This document shows positions 19,295 through 29,772 of a stretch of 64,000 nt of DNA, in pieces. This stretch comes from an uncultured delta proteobacterium (GTDB lineage: Bacteria; Desulfobacterota; Desulfobacteria; Desulfobacterales; JAHEIW01). Location of the stretch: positions 448,001 to 512,000 of the forward strand of contig CAVPNL010000015.1 of assembly GCA_963706575.1 (NCBI GenBank), in the 5' to 3' direction. The notes under the pieces are model-generated. The model was not told the DNA's origin. It worked only from the letters and a program-made list of their open reading frames with translations, and ran no database searches. How positions within the stretch are numbered: position 1 is the first letter of the stretch; the number at the start of each line of letters is the position of its first letter. The position numbers were made by a program, and so were the translations under genes.

Positions 19295-19720
19295 ATGAGG
19301 ATGAAGAAATTGAAAAAAGTGATCCCAATCCTGATTTTGTGTCTGGCTATGGGTGTCTGGCTTGCTGGCTGCGCCGGCAAAGGTGCGCCTGAAAAGACCA
19401 ATTGTGATGCCAGCATCAAATGGGATGTGACTGATCAGGCCAAGCTCACCCAGTTTGACTGTGCGGTGGGCAAACACGGCGGCCAGCCATCTTTGATTTT
19501 TACCATCGGCATCGAAAATCCAACCGAACAGCCCTATCGGTACCGGGTCAACGTTTTTCTGGAGGACATGGACAAAGCCGCCGGACATTACGTGCCGCGC
19601 AAAGGCAAACCACCGGTCGTAAATCCCGGCAAAACAGAAACCGTCAAGATCCCTTTTATCGGAACCGACCAATTGTCGAAAAAAGTCCTGGTAGTGGTGA
19701 CGACGATGAGCCGGGATTAA
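19295..19720 (+). CDS. hypothetical lipoprotein leading the TAXI operon
   Basis: lipobox LAGC, AGGAGG RBS, beta-rich body. Confidence 0.75.
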   Translation: MRMKKLKKVIPILILCLAMGVWLAGCAGKGAPEKTNCDASIKWDVTDQAKLTQFDCAVGKHGGQPSLIFTIGIENPTEQPYRYRVNVFLEDMDKAAGHYVPRKGKPPVVNPGKTETVKIPFIGTDQLSKKVLVVVTTMSRD

Positions 19721-19767
19721 ATTGAGATCACATCAAATGATAGCAGATATGAAGGAGGAAGTTTAAG

Positions 19768-20751
19768 ATGAAAAAGCTGAATATGAAATGTGTCCTTGCG
19801 GGCATTTTTATTTTATGCACGGTTTTATTGATCAGCGGTCCGGCTCTGGCCCGCACCGAATTTATTTCCCTCGGAACCGGGGGAACCGGCGGTATTTACT
19901 ATCCCTACGGCGGCGGTGTGGCAGAAATCTGGAACCGGCATGCCCCCGGCGTCAGAGCGGTAGCCGAGGTGACCGGGGCCAGTGTCGAAAACGTCAAGCT
20001 GGCCCATAAAGGTGAAACCGTCATTGGGGAAGTTATGGGTGATGTGGCGGTGGACGGTTTTAAGGGTCTCACCAAATTTAAAGGCAAAAAACACGATATC
20101 CTCTCCATGGCCATCATGTATCCCAACCTGCTGCAAGTGGTCACTCTTAAAAAATACGGGATTACCAATATTGAACAGATCAAAGGCAAAAAGATCAGCT
20201 CCGGCAGTCCGGGCAGCGGCACCAACTTCATGGCCGAGGCCGTGTTTGAGGCCCTGGGCATACCGAAAGATTCATACAAAGACAGCCGCCTGTCTTTTAC
20301 CGAAAGTGCCAATGCGTTGAGAGACGGCACCATCGAAGTGGGGGTGTGGTCCGTGGGACCCGGAACCAGCTCAATTCTGGATCTGGCCACCACCCATGAT
20401 ATTCACATCATTAATTTTACACCCGAACAGCAAAATAAAATTTTGGCTACCCGAAAAGAATATTCGGCGGTGGATCTGGCCGGCGGTGTGTACCGCGGGG
20501 TGGACAAGGCCGTACCTACCATCGGTGTGTGGAACGTGATGATTTGTCAAACGGGTCTGAGCACAGACCTGGTCTATAAGCTCGCGAAAGCCCTATATGA
20601 GCACCAGGACTATCTGCTCAAGATTCACCCGTCGGCCTCGTACACGACACCTGAAAATGCGGTGAAGTACTCACCGATTCCTTTGCATCCGGGCACGATC
20701 AAATATCTGAAAGAAAAGGGTGTCGCCGTGCCGGCCAAGCTGATGCCGTAA
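19768..20751 (+). CDS. TAXI family TRAP solute-binding protein
   Basis: GTGGTGGIYYPYG, TGASVEN, GSPGSGT, IPLHPG. Confidence 0.92.
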   Translation: MKKLNMKCVLAGIFILCTVLLISGPALARTEFISLGTGGTGGIYYPYGGGVAEIWNRHAPGVRAVAEVTGASVENVKLAHKGETVIGEVMGDVAVDGFKGLTKFKGKKHDILSMAIMYPNLLQVVTLKKYGITNIEQIKGKKISSGSPGSGTNFMAEAVFEALGIPKDSYKDSRLSFTESANALRDGTIEVGVWSVGPGTSSILDLATTHDIHIINFTPEQQNKILATRKEYSAVDLAGGVYRGVDKAVPTIGVWNVMICQTGLSTDLVYKLAKALYEHQDYLLKIHPSASYTTPENAVKYSPIPLHPGTIKYLKEKGVAVPAKLMP

Positions 20752-21294
20752 ATGAAAGAATCGACCGGGAAAAGCCGGCTGCCGCTGATGGTGGCAGCCG
20801 GCCTGGTAGCTGTCTTTTTTTTGGTCAGCTGGCGCGTACCCGGTGGTCTGGAATTAACCGTTACACCGCTAAAAGGCGGTCCACCGCTGCTGACTCTGCC
20901 CCTGCAGCCCGGTGAGCGCTTTACCCTGCATTATTATCATTCGGTCGAAAAGGCCCCGATCTGGGAAGAGCACAGCCTGGACACCGCAGGCCGTATTTAC
21001 ATTGAAGAGGAGCGCTATTTGAAATTCGGCGCCGGCATGGGCCGCATGCCCGGTGTGGGCCGCATGGTCCGGCGGGGCAAGTATGAGGTTATCGAAGATA
21101 TGCACATGCCCACCGGGGATTTTGTACTGCGGGTGGGCAGCCCCGGTGTCGATCATACCGTTATCTGGCGCGGCCGCCGTAAAAACCTGTCGGCAGTGGC
21201 CCCGCACGCAGCGGTCCAGTTTTCCGCCCGACCTGTGAGTTTGTTGTACAACCTGTGGCGTCGAATAGTACCGCATCCGGCAACGCCAAAGTAA
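20752..21294 (+). CDS. DUF1850-like protein
   Basis: FTLHYYHSVEKAPIWE, FGAGM; position between TAXI and permease. Confidence 0.75.
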   Translation: MKESTGKSRLPLMVAAGLVAVFFLVSWRVPGGLELTVTPLKGGPPLLTLPLQPGERFTLHYYHSVEKAPIWEEHSLDTAGRIYIEEERYLKFGAGMGRMPGVGRMVRRGKYEVIEDMHMPTGDFVLRVGSPGVDHTVIWRGRRKNLSAVAPHAAVQFSARPVSLLYNLWRRIVPHPATPK

Positions 21295-21310
21295 CGGCCG
21301 GAGCACAAAA

Positions 21311-21465
21311 ATCGTGGTGGAAGCCACTCCCACAGCTATCGGCAATCAGCGCAGATTTCTCATGTTCTTATCGAAATAATTTGTGGGAGCGGCATATTGC
21401 CGCGATACTCGAGTAGGGTCGGCCATCGTGCCGACCAGACCAGCGGCCACTGTGGACCGCCCTAT
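21311..21465. repeat. cluster of REP-like palindromes
   Basis: atcgtgg...ctcccaca / tgtgggagcggc...gccgcgat inverted pair and gtagggtcgg...ccgccctat. Confidence 0.55.
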
Positions 21466-21519
21466 GCCAACACTTCAAATTCAGATCGAACGTTACGAAA
21501 ACCTCGCAAGGAAATTTTA

Positions 21520-23442
21520 ATGGCGAAGCCTGAATCAGCAGAAACCAAAACCCCCACTGCCTGGCTGATTGCCAAAAGCCTGACAATCATCGGTGTGGTC
21601 CTTAGCCTTTTTCAGCTGTATACTGCCGGTATGGTGGCCATGACCGCCATGCGCCACCGGTCCGTTTTTTTAACCTGCATTCTGGCAATGACCTTTTTAA
21701 TTAAACCCCTGTACAAAGGGGCCCGTAAAGATAAATTAAACTTTGCTATGGTTGTCGATCTGATTTTAATCGCCATGACGGTTTTCATCGGGCTTTACAT
21801 TTTTATCGATTTGCAGGGCATCTTCGAGCGCCAGGGGGACTGGAGCCCCTGGGATTTTCGGGTGGGCGTTGCACTGGTGATCCTGGTGCTGGAGGCCACC
21901 CGCCGGGTGATCGGTTTGAATTTAACGATCATTGCCATTATGGCTCTGCTTTTTGGCTATTTCGGCCCCTGGATGCCGGAGCTGATCGTTCACAAGGGGT
22001 ACAGTGTCGAGCGCATCGCCACCACCCTTTCGCTGACCACCGAGGGTATCTTCGGTTTGCCCCTGGGGGTGGCATCCACCTTTGTTTTCATATTCATCCT
22101 GTTCGGGGCCTTTCTGGATAAAACCGGGGCGGGCAAATTTTTTATCGACCTTTCTTATTCCATTACCGGGCGCTTTTCCGGCGGCCCCGCCAAGACAGCG
22201 GTGGTGGCCAGCGGGTTTATGGGCTCGGTGGCCGGCAGTGCCGTGGCCAACGTGGTGGCCACCGGATCCTTTACGATCCCCATGATGAAAAAAATCGGCT
22301 ACCGCAAACATGTGGCCGCGGCGGTGGAAGCCGCCGCTTCGACGGGGGGACAGCTGATGCCGCCCATTATGGGTGCCGGCGCCTTTCTGATGGCTGAATT
22401 TACCCAGACGCCCTATCTCGAAATCGTTAAAATTGCATTTATTCCGGCGGTACTTTACTTTTTTTCGGTCATCTTGTTCGTGCATTTTGAGGCCCAGAAA
22501 CAGGGTATCTGGGGGCTACCAAAGGACCAGTTGCCGAACATCGTTCAAACCCTTAAAGCGGGGATTCACTTTATTATCCCGGTGGCCATTCTCATTACCG
22601 TGCTGGTCATGAACTACAGCCCGATGATGGCCGGATTTATTGCCATTTTAGCCGTATACTGCACCGCCTTGATACGCAAAGGCTCCCGGATTTCTTTTGC
22701 CACCCTGATTAAGACCCTGGAACAGGGGGCCCGCAACGCTATCGTTGTAGCGGTGGCCTGCGCGGCCGCCGGCATCATCGTGGGGATTGTGAACTTAACC
22801 GGCACCGGGCTGCGCTTTTCTTCTCTGGTGGTTTCGCTTTCCCAGGGTATTCCGCTGCTCGCCCTGTTACTGGTCGCATTGACCTCTCTTTTTCTGGGAA
22901 TGGGATTGCCGGTGACGGCTTCTTATATTGTTTTGATCATTCTGGCCGGCCCCGGACTCATGGATCTGGGGATACCGCTGCTCACCGCCCACATGGTGGT
23001 TTTCTGGTACAGCCAGGATGCCAATGTCACGCCCCCGGTGGCCCTGGAATCCTTTGCCGCCTCCGGAATTGCCGGTTCAAGCCCGATGAAAACTGCGTTT
23101 ACGTCCTGGAAACTGGCCAAGGGCCTGTATATCATTCCCATCATTATGGTCTACCATCCGCTGCTTTTAAACGGGCCCACCCCAGAGGTCATCAAAACGG
23201 TTATTTTTTCGGTTTTTTCGATCATCGCCTTTGTGGTCTGTATGGAACGTTATTTTCTAACACACCTGACCTGGCCGGAAACGATTTTGCAGGGCGCCAG
23301 CGCCCTGTTGCTCATCTGGGCCAATCCGACTTACAATTATATCGGTCTGGTCATATTCATTATCCTGGTCGTTTATCAAATTATCCACAAGAAAAAACAT
23401 CCAGGACCGCAACCGCCACCATCCAAACCATCTCCAGTGTAA
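21520..23442 (+). CDS. TRAP fused 4TM/12TM permease
   Basis: GGPAK, GSAVANV..TGSFTIP, EAAASTGGQLMPPIMGA, GMGLP, VTPPV; start ATG 21520. Confidence 0.92.
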   Translation: MAKPESAETKTPTAWLIAKSLTIIGVVLSLFQLYTAGMVAMTAMRHRSVFLTCILAMTFLIKPLYKGARKDKLNFAMVVDLILIAMTVFIGLYIFIDLQGIFERQGDWSPWDFRVGVALVILVLEATRRVIGLNLTIIAIMALLFGYFGPWMPELIVHKGYSVERIATTLSLTTEGIFGLPLGVASTFVFIFILFGAFLDKTGAGKFFIDLSYSITGRFSGGPAKTAVVASGFMGSVAGSAVANVVATGSFTIPMMKKIGYRKHVAAAVEAAASTGGQLMPPIMGAGAFLMAEFTQTPYLEIVKIAFIPAVLYFFSVILFVHFEAQKQGIWGLPKDQLPNIVQTLKAGIHFIIPVAILITVLVMNYSPMMAGFIAILAVYCTALIRKGSRISFATLIKTLEQGARNAIVVAVACAAAGIIVGIVNLTGTGLRFSSLVVSLSQGIPLLALLLVALTSLFLGMGLPVTASYIVLIILAGPGLMDLGIPLLTAHMVVFWYSQDANVTPPVALESFAASGIAGSSPMKTAFTSWKLAKGLYIIPIIMVYHPLLLNGPTPEVIKTVIFSVFSIIAFVVCMERYFLTHLTWPETILQGASALLLIWANPTYNYIGLVIFIILVVYQIIHKKKHPGPQPPPSKPSPV

Positions 23443-23639
23443 GGTTTTGTTCAGTAAATTTGACGCCCTGTCTATAAAATTAGACGCTTTTACGACACCC
23501 GGTTACCGCTGCCGGTTATCCTTCATTCTAACCTGCTGAAAATTCACAACTTAATATTATCCGCCCGTTTCTGGAATACTTCTTGCTTTAATTCAAGGAT
23601 TGCCCGAAAATTATAATATGAAACTTTGCACAAGGAGAT

Positions 23640-26507
23640 ATGATGAAAAAAACAATACCTTTCGTGTTTGCCGCTATGATGCTTCTGTATGGAATCAGCT
23701 GCCCGGCCGCGGAACTCCTTGAGGTCATTACACCGGGCCACAAGGCCAAGCTGACGCATCAAGTAATCAATGAAAACAGCCTGCTGGTATCGGTTAAAGA
23801 TACGCAGAACAATCCCATTAAAGGGTTGAAGCTTGAAGATTTTGTAATCAAAAGCGGAAAAAGAGAAGCCCAGATCCAGTCCATCGAAGCCCTGGAGACC
23901 AGTGAGTCGGTACCGTTGAACATCGTGCTGGTAGTGGACAATTCATTTTCAATGAAAGAGCGCAGCGCCATCAAACCGCTGCTGGCTGCGCTGGACGAAT
24001 TTTTAAACAGCCTGCGCCCCATCGACAACGTCTCCATCGTTGTTTTCAATGCAAAAGACGGCATGAACGTCAAAGCCTACCGGCTGCATACCAAAGCCGC
24101 CAGCTCAAAATCGATACCGGAGTTGAAGCAGTTTTTAGATGAAGCCTTTGACGAAGGATTGACAAGCACCACCTATCTTTACGAAGCCATGGTGGCCGGC
24201 CTCAGTCTCATCCGTAAAATGCCCCCGGAAGACAATAAATTTCTGGTGGTTTTCTCCGATGGCGAGGACTTGAACAGTGATTTTAAAAGCTATGTGGTTG
24301 AGTCCGAGGCTCACGGGATCCGAAACCTGGAAATCTTTGCAGTCGATTATATGCCCCGCAAAAAAATGGATACGTTTCTGAAATCCTTTACCGAAGCACA
24401 CAATGGGCAGATCTGGAAGGCGCAATCCGCCTCTGAGCTGCTGCCCATATTTAAATCTTTTTCGACTACCCTGCTTTACCGTTACGTGGTCAATTACCGT
24501 TTTTTTGAGCCGCCCAGCGGCACAGTAAGCCTGGAGCCGGCGGCGCTAAATTTTGACATGCTGACCCTGCTGGATGGAACTCCGGTAACCAATCAGATCT
24601 TTTTTGAGACGGGTCAAAGCGAAATTTCCGATGGCTATGTGCTTTTGAAAGACCGCGCGCACACTGCCGCTTTTAACGAGAATGTGTTGACCAACTCTCT
24701 GGACCGCTACAAAAATGTGCTGAACATTGTCGGCCGGAAGTTAAACGAGATCCCGGAAGCCAATATCCGCATTGTCGGCTGTAACTCGGATAGCGGCATT
24801 GAGATTGGCAATCTGGATCTTTCCAGAGCCCGCGCCGAGACCGTAAAAAATTATCTTTCCTCTATCTGGGGCATTGCCGGCGATCGCATGAACGTCGAAG
24901 CGCGTAATTTGCCGGAAAGGGCGGCACCGGCAGACGCGCTGGGAAGCCGTCCGGAAAACCAACGCGTTGATATTATATATGACTCCAGCGACATGCAGGC
25001 AATGGCCGCCAATCAGTTTATTGCCGAAAGCAGCAACCTGACCAAAATAAAGATCCTCCCCCAGATTCTGGCCGAATACGGGGTGGCCGATTGGGAGCTG
25101 AACATCCAGGGGGATAATCAGACGATCAAGAGCTTGACGGGTGCCCAAATACTCGATCCCGTATTGGTCCTATCTCTGGATGATATCGGCCGGGATAAAC
25201 TGGCGGCCTGCACCAACCTGCAGGCACGCATCAAGGTGACCGACACCAATCAAGACACCTATGAGACGGCAACAGCCTTGTGTCCGGTTACGGTAACCCG
25301 TAAACAATTGATCCATGAGATGGTTGCCCCCCCCAAGGGAACCGTAGCCATTCTACCCGAAACGCTCACCATCGAAGAAGTGACAACCATCGACAGTTCC
25401 CCCCTGCTAAATTACGTTTTTTTTGAAACGGCTCAAAGTGACATTCCTTCCCGCTATGCGACCCTTTCCGGCCAGGCCGAAACCCGGTCATTTAGTGAAA
25501 GCAAATTAAAAGACACGACCGAAAAGTATGCGCATACCCTCAATATCATCGGTCGCCGTCTGCGCGATAATCCCGCAGCGCATATTAAAATTGTCGGCTG
25601 CAACTCCGACCGCGGGGAAGAGCACAACCGAAAGGACCTTTCCCGCAGCCGCGCCGAATCGGTTAAAGCATATTTAAAGTACATCTGGGGCATCGAAACA
25701 TCCAGAATGGAGATCGAAGCTCGCAGTCGACCCGCGGTTGCCAGTGCCAGCAGTGTCGCTGAAGGCCGTGCTGAAAACCAGCGGGTGGAAATCTACTCTG
25801 AATCCCCGGCTATTCTTGACACCGTCAAAAGCACCTACGTAACGGAGATCAGCAACAGCGAAGAAGTTAAGATCATGCCGCAAATCCGAACCGGTTATGA
25901 GCTGGAACGTTGGAGCGTTGCGCTGATAGGTGATGGAACGCTTATCGACTCTACTGCAGGACAGGGCGATTTGATGCCGGTGTATCCGTTTAATTTGAAA
26001 GCGCTCGGTTTGGCTAAAATCGGCGGATATGAAAATATCGGAGCCGATATTGAAGTCGAAGACAGAAAAGGCCGGACCTATAAGACCCATGCCAGCACCA
26101 GCGTACGCTTTATCAAACGCGAAGAGCGCGTCGCTAAAAAAGAAGGCTATAAGGTCATGGAAAAATATGCGCTGATTCTATTTGACTTTGACCGTGCCGA
26201 TATCAAAGACCGCAATCAGGCCGTAATGGATCGGATTATTGCCCGAATCAAAGAGGTTCCTACCGCAACGGTCAGTATTGTCGGCCATACCGATACCATC
26301 GGTAAAGAAGCTTATAACGTCGATCTTTCCAAGCGTCGGGCCAAGGCCGCATTTGAAATGATCGTTGCCGGTGGCGGTGTTAACAGCGGCAATATTTCCT
26401 ATGAAGGCGCCGGGCCCCATAACCCGCTGTTTGACAATGAGCTGCCGGAAGGCCGGGCGCTAAATCGCACGGTAACGGTGACGCTGGAATACGAACGACA
26501 GGAATAA
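23640..26507 (+). CDS. exported VWA domain + three OmpA-like domain protein
   Basis: signal peptide; MIDAS DNSFS and FSDGED; three LSxxRA...NxR OmpA-like units, the last canonical (GHTD, LSKRRA, NRTV). Confidence 0.8.
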   Translation: MMKKTIPFVFAAMMLLYGISCPAAELLEVITPGHKAKLTHQVINENSLLVSVKDTQNNPIKGLKLEDFVIKSGKREAQIQSIEALETSESVPLNIVLVVDNSFSMKERSAIKPLLAALDEFLNSLRPIDNVSIVVFNAKDGMNVKAYRLHTKAASSKSIPELKQFLDEAFDEGLTSTTYLYEAMVAGLSLIRKMPPEDNKFLVVFSDGEDLNSDFKSYVVESEAHGIRNLEIFAVDYMPRKKMDTFLKSFTEAHNGQIWKAQSASELLPIFKSFSTTLLYRYVVNYRFFEPPSGTVSLEPAALNFDMLTLLDGTPVTNQIFFETGQSEISDGYVLLKDRAHTAAFNENVLTNSLDRYKNVLNIVGRKLNEIPEANIRIVGCNSDSGIEIGNLDLSRARAETVKNYLSSIWGIAGDRMNVEARNLPERAAPADALGSRPENQRVDIIYDSSDMQAMAANQFIAESSNLTKIKILPQILAEYGVADWELNIQGDNQTIKSLTGAQILDPVLVLSLDDIGRDKLAACTNLQARIKVTDTNQDTYETATALCPVTVTRKQLIHEMVAPPKGTVAILPETLTIEEVTTIDSSPLLNYVFFETAQSDIPSRYATLSGQAETRSFSESKLKDTTEKYAHTLNIIGRRLRDNPAAHIKIVGCNSDRGEEHNRKDLSRSRAESVKAYLKYIWGIETSRMEIEARSRPAVASASSVAEGRAENQRVEIYSESPAILDTVKSTYVTEISNSEEVKIMPQIRTGYELERWSVALIGDGTLIDSTAGQGDLMPVYPFNLKALGLAKIGGYENIGADIEVEDRKGRTYKTHASTSVRFIKREERVAKKEGYKVMEKYALILFDFDRADIKDRNQAVMDRIIARIKEVPTATVSIVGHTDTIGKEAYNVDLSKRRAKAAFEMIVAGGGVNSGNISYEGAGPHNPLFDNELPEGRALNRTVTVTLEYERQE

Positions 26508-26710
26508 AAATATCGAAATTGAGTCCGCGGGCCCGTTAAGCCCGTTGAGCCGGTAGAACAAAAATAACATCGAATGAATAATAATCGATAAATACCTCGC
26601 TTAAATGATATGCCCGTTCAGAGCCTGAGTTCAAAACGGCGTTTTTCAAAAGAACGGGCGAAACATTGCTCGGTCATTGCTCGATTATTCAATCCGATAC
26701 ACCCCGATTC

Positions 26711-27512
26711 TTAACGGAGATCCTTAATCCAGGATGGATTTTTAAACCAGTGATCACTTCAGCTGTCGTAACTGGCCGCTGCCATCGAGCATTTTCATGT
26801 AGTTGTTCAGCCAGTTTATTAACAAGGTGTCTTCTTTGACGGCGATCCCCAGGGGCTCAAAGGTGAGGCGCGACTGTCCGGCAACCAGCCCTTTTTCCTG
26901 ATAACGGAATGCCGTAAAGGCACAGAACGGATAGTCGGCGATCAGCGCATCAATTTTATCCTCAAACAATAGGCCCAGGGCTTCATCGTAGGATTTGGCG
27001 GTCACCAGCTTGGCCTGGGGGGCGGTCTTCTCAACAAATGACTGGCTGGTAGAGGCTTTAAGGGCGGCCAGTTTAAATTGCGGATCATTTAGACTTTCAG
27101 CGGCCTGCAGGGTGGCAATCGTCTGTGTTTTGGTCAGCATACCCTTGCCGGAAATGTAATAGGGACCGATGAAGGCTACTTTCAGATTGCGCTCCGGCGT
27201 CATGGTCATGCTGGACAAAATCATGTCAATTTTATCGGCATGCAGGGCCGGGAGCAGTTCCGCAAACGGCATGGTTTCAAAGTGCACTTTTACGCCCATG
27301 CCGAGGGCGATTCGTTTGGCGATATCGGCATCCAGACCGATAATTTTACCATCTTTGGTGGTAGCGTTCAGGGGCGGTTGCGTGCCGGTCGTACCGACGA
27401 CCAGTTCACCTTTTTTCAAAATGCGGTCCAGTATACTTCCCGCCGGTGCACTGGCAACAAACGCCAGTAGCAGCAGCGATACAAGTGTGGCAATAAATAT
27501 GGTCTTTCTCAT
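26711..27512 (-). CDS. amino-acid ABC-type substrate-binding protein with a +1 frameshift near the 3' end
   Basis: SBP family 3 motifs (IIGLDADIA, SSMTMTPER); removing one A near 26757 restores the tail SDHWFKNPSWIKDLR*. Confidence 0.8.
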
Positions 27513-27582
27513 CGATGTTCTCCTCTGTTTAAGGTTTGATGTGGATCGTCAAGATAGTTGAAATTCTTCGGTGATGCAAGAA

Positions 27583-28107
27583 CTAATCTTCAAGATGAAA
27601 GCGGCTCAGATAATCTTCAAGTCTGCGCCTGGCTTCCTTTGACAGTTCGGGGCAGTCCGGGGCGGCTTTGACACCCTGCGCCAGGCGGGTGGCAAAGACC
27701 AGGCAGGTGGGCGCGTTGCATTTTCGGCAGTTGGTTCTGGGCAGCCATCTGAGGATCTCAAGGATGCCGGGCCTCGGAAATCCTTCAAAGCGAGGCTCAA
27801 TTTCGTAGCGCTTTTCCCAGGCCGTGTTGATCTCTACCATCAGCCAGCGCAAGATCTTTTCAGCTTCATCCTTATCCTTAAGGGCGTTAATGGCAATCTT
27901 GCGCGGATGAAGTGTAATCAAGCGTCCCCGGGATTTAAGAATTAAGGCCGGCGGATCTTTTAAATAGTCAAATCCGCCCAGTTGGGAATTGAGGTAAGGC
28001 AATACATCGGAGATATCCTGCTCCAGGTGCGCAATGCAGTGCAGCGACTCGAATTCCGGATTCTGCTCCGGCCTGAAAATTTCAGTTTTGTATCCCTTTA
28101 GCAGCAT
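27583..28107 (-). CDS. (Fe-S)-binding protein with C-terminal FeS domain
   Basis: LPRTNCRKCNAPTCLVFA...CPEL motif; DVLPYLN N-terminal domain. Confidence 0.8.
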   Translation of the reverse strand: MLLKGYKTEIFRPEQNPEFESLHCIAHLEQDISDVLPYLNSQLGGFDYLKDPPALILKSRGRLITLHPRKIAINALKDKDEAEKILRWLMVEINTAWEKRYEIEPRFEGFPRPGILEILRWLPRTNCRKCNAPTCLVFATRLAQGVKAAPDCPELSKEARRRLEDYLSRFHLED

Positions 28108-28368
28108 TGCCGACCTTCCATCAGCATTTCATTTATTTTTACAATAAATGCCCTCCCGGTAAATATCAAAGCGGCATCGGCAGGTCAAACACTTCACGAA
28201 CCCGGGCATTGTCTATCATCCTAAAAGCCTTGACCATTGCAAAGATGCCATGATATTAAGCAGTTAATGCCAGAAAAATGCGAACCCCATTAAGGGATTG
28301 TCATGAATCCAAAAAATACAGCCCCGTTATTCAGATAGAAAGGCGGGGTTCTGTGTTTAAGGGCGCTT

Positions 28369-28566
28369 ATGAACACGCTATCGTTGGATATGGTGTTTAA
28401 GCTCTTAGGAACCCAGAACATACCGGGTTCCCTAAAAGAATTGGAAATTCTGTGTATCCGGGTTTCAGAACTGGTCGAACTCAATGGTGAGGAGTGGATC
28501 CGTGAAAACCGGCAGAAGCTGATCGACGAATGGTACTATATTGTGCGTCAGGGAATCATCCACTAG
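28369..28566 (+). CDS. small hypothetical protein
   Basis: 65 aa, ATG start, protein-like helical composition. Confidence 0.55.
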   Translation: MNTLSLDMVFKLLGTQNIPGSLKELEILCIRVSELVELNGEEWIRENRQKLIDEWYYIVRQGIIH

Positions 28567-28653
28567 AAGCCTTCTTAAAATTAGCAGTTCTTCTTGGAAG
28601 ATAGAGAAAAAAAGTTCCAAGGGTGCTCTAAAATTAGAAGTGCCTAAAATGAC

Positions 28654-28752
28654 TAAAATGAGCTAAAATGCCTAAAGTTAAGGTTTCGCTCGCGCTCCAT
28701 CTTTATTTAATATAATAAAATTCCTCAACTTTAGGCATTTTAGCTCATTTTA
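28654..28752. repeat. 26-bp perfect inverted repeat made of CTAAAATG-like units
   Basis: taaaatgagctaaaatgcctaaagtt (28654-28679) vs aactttaggcattttagctcatttta (28727-28752). Confidence 0.85.
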
Positions 28753-28868
28753 AATTTTAGTGCATTTGTTGTTATAAGCACCTTTTTTTAGGTTTTAAAC
28801 TTTTGCATCCGATGTTAAATGATGCATTTTTGAGATAGGTTCTAATCAGGGAATCAGGGAGGTGCCAG

Positions 28869-29606
28869 ATGGTTAAACAAATTCTCTTTATTGGTTTGCT
28901 ATGCATATCACTGGAAACAGCAGGGTTCGCCGGAAACAATTTTGAGACCGATGTGGTTAAAACCGCCGGAGGCAAGTTGGAAATCACATTCATCGGCCAC
29001 GGTACCCTGATGTTTAGCTTTGGCGGTAAAATTATCCATGTTGACCCATTTTCACGCCTGGCAGATTATTCAAAGCTGCCGCAGGCCGACTTGATTCTTT
29101 TAACGCATGAACACCGTGACCATCTCGACTTGAAAGCGCTGGACAACCTGCGAGCAGACAAAACCAAAATCATTCTAACAGAAAATTGCGCCCAACAGGT
29201 TAAAGGCGGGATTATTATGCAAAACGGTGATGTGAAGACGGTTGATGGGTTGAAAATAGAGGCCGTGCCGGCTTATAATCTCGTACACATGCGCAGTGAG
29301 GGGGTTCCTTTTCACCCAAAAGGCAATGGAAACGGTTATGTGATCACTTTTGGTGATAAAAGAATCTATGTGGCAGGCGATACCGAGAACATTCCTGAAA
29401 TGAAACAACTTATAGACATTGACTATGCGTTTTTACCGATGAACCTGCCCTACACCATGACACCTGAAATGGTGGCCGACGCCGCAAGGGCATTTAAGCC
29501 CAAAGTCCTGTACCCGTATCATTACGGCAAAACAGATCCGTCAAAGTTAGTTGAATTAATGAAGGATACGCCGCAAGTCGAAATCCGCATCCGCAAGATG
29601 GAGTAG
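28869..29606 (+). CDS. MBL-fold metallo-hydrolase
   Basis: THEHRDH, YVAGDT, YPYHY; signal-peptide-like N-terminus. Confidence 0.88.
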   Translation: MVKQILFIGLLCISLETAGFAGNNFETDVVKTAGGKLEITFIGHGTLMFSFGGKIIHVDPFSRLADYSKLPQADLILLTHEHRDHLDLKALDNLRADKTKIILTENCAQQVKGGIIMQNGDVKTVDGLKIEAVPAYNLVHMRSEGVPFHPKGNGNGYVITFGDKRIYVAGDTENIPEMKQLIDIDYAFLPMNLPYTMTPEMVADAARAFKPKVLYPYHYGKTDPSKLVELMKDTPQVEIRIRKME

Positions 29607-29772
29607 CTAAGAGAATCAATCCCGAATTGATCATAATTAAAATGAGAAACAGAGGTAGGATAACGGTTTGGCAGGTATCCTTGATTTTTAGCGGAAAATA
29701 GATAACTTTAATAATACACACCGGAATGTGGTTTGTAGAACCCATCTCAAAAATATTCGAGAGGAGACGGAA

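Noticed and set aside
28630..28765. Repeat units as a CRISPR array
   Set aside because: Units are 8-10 bp without unique spacers and form one inverted repeat; no cas genes.
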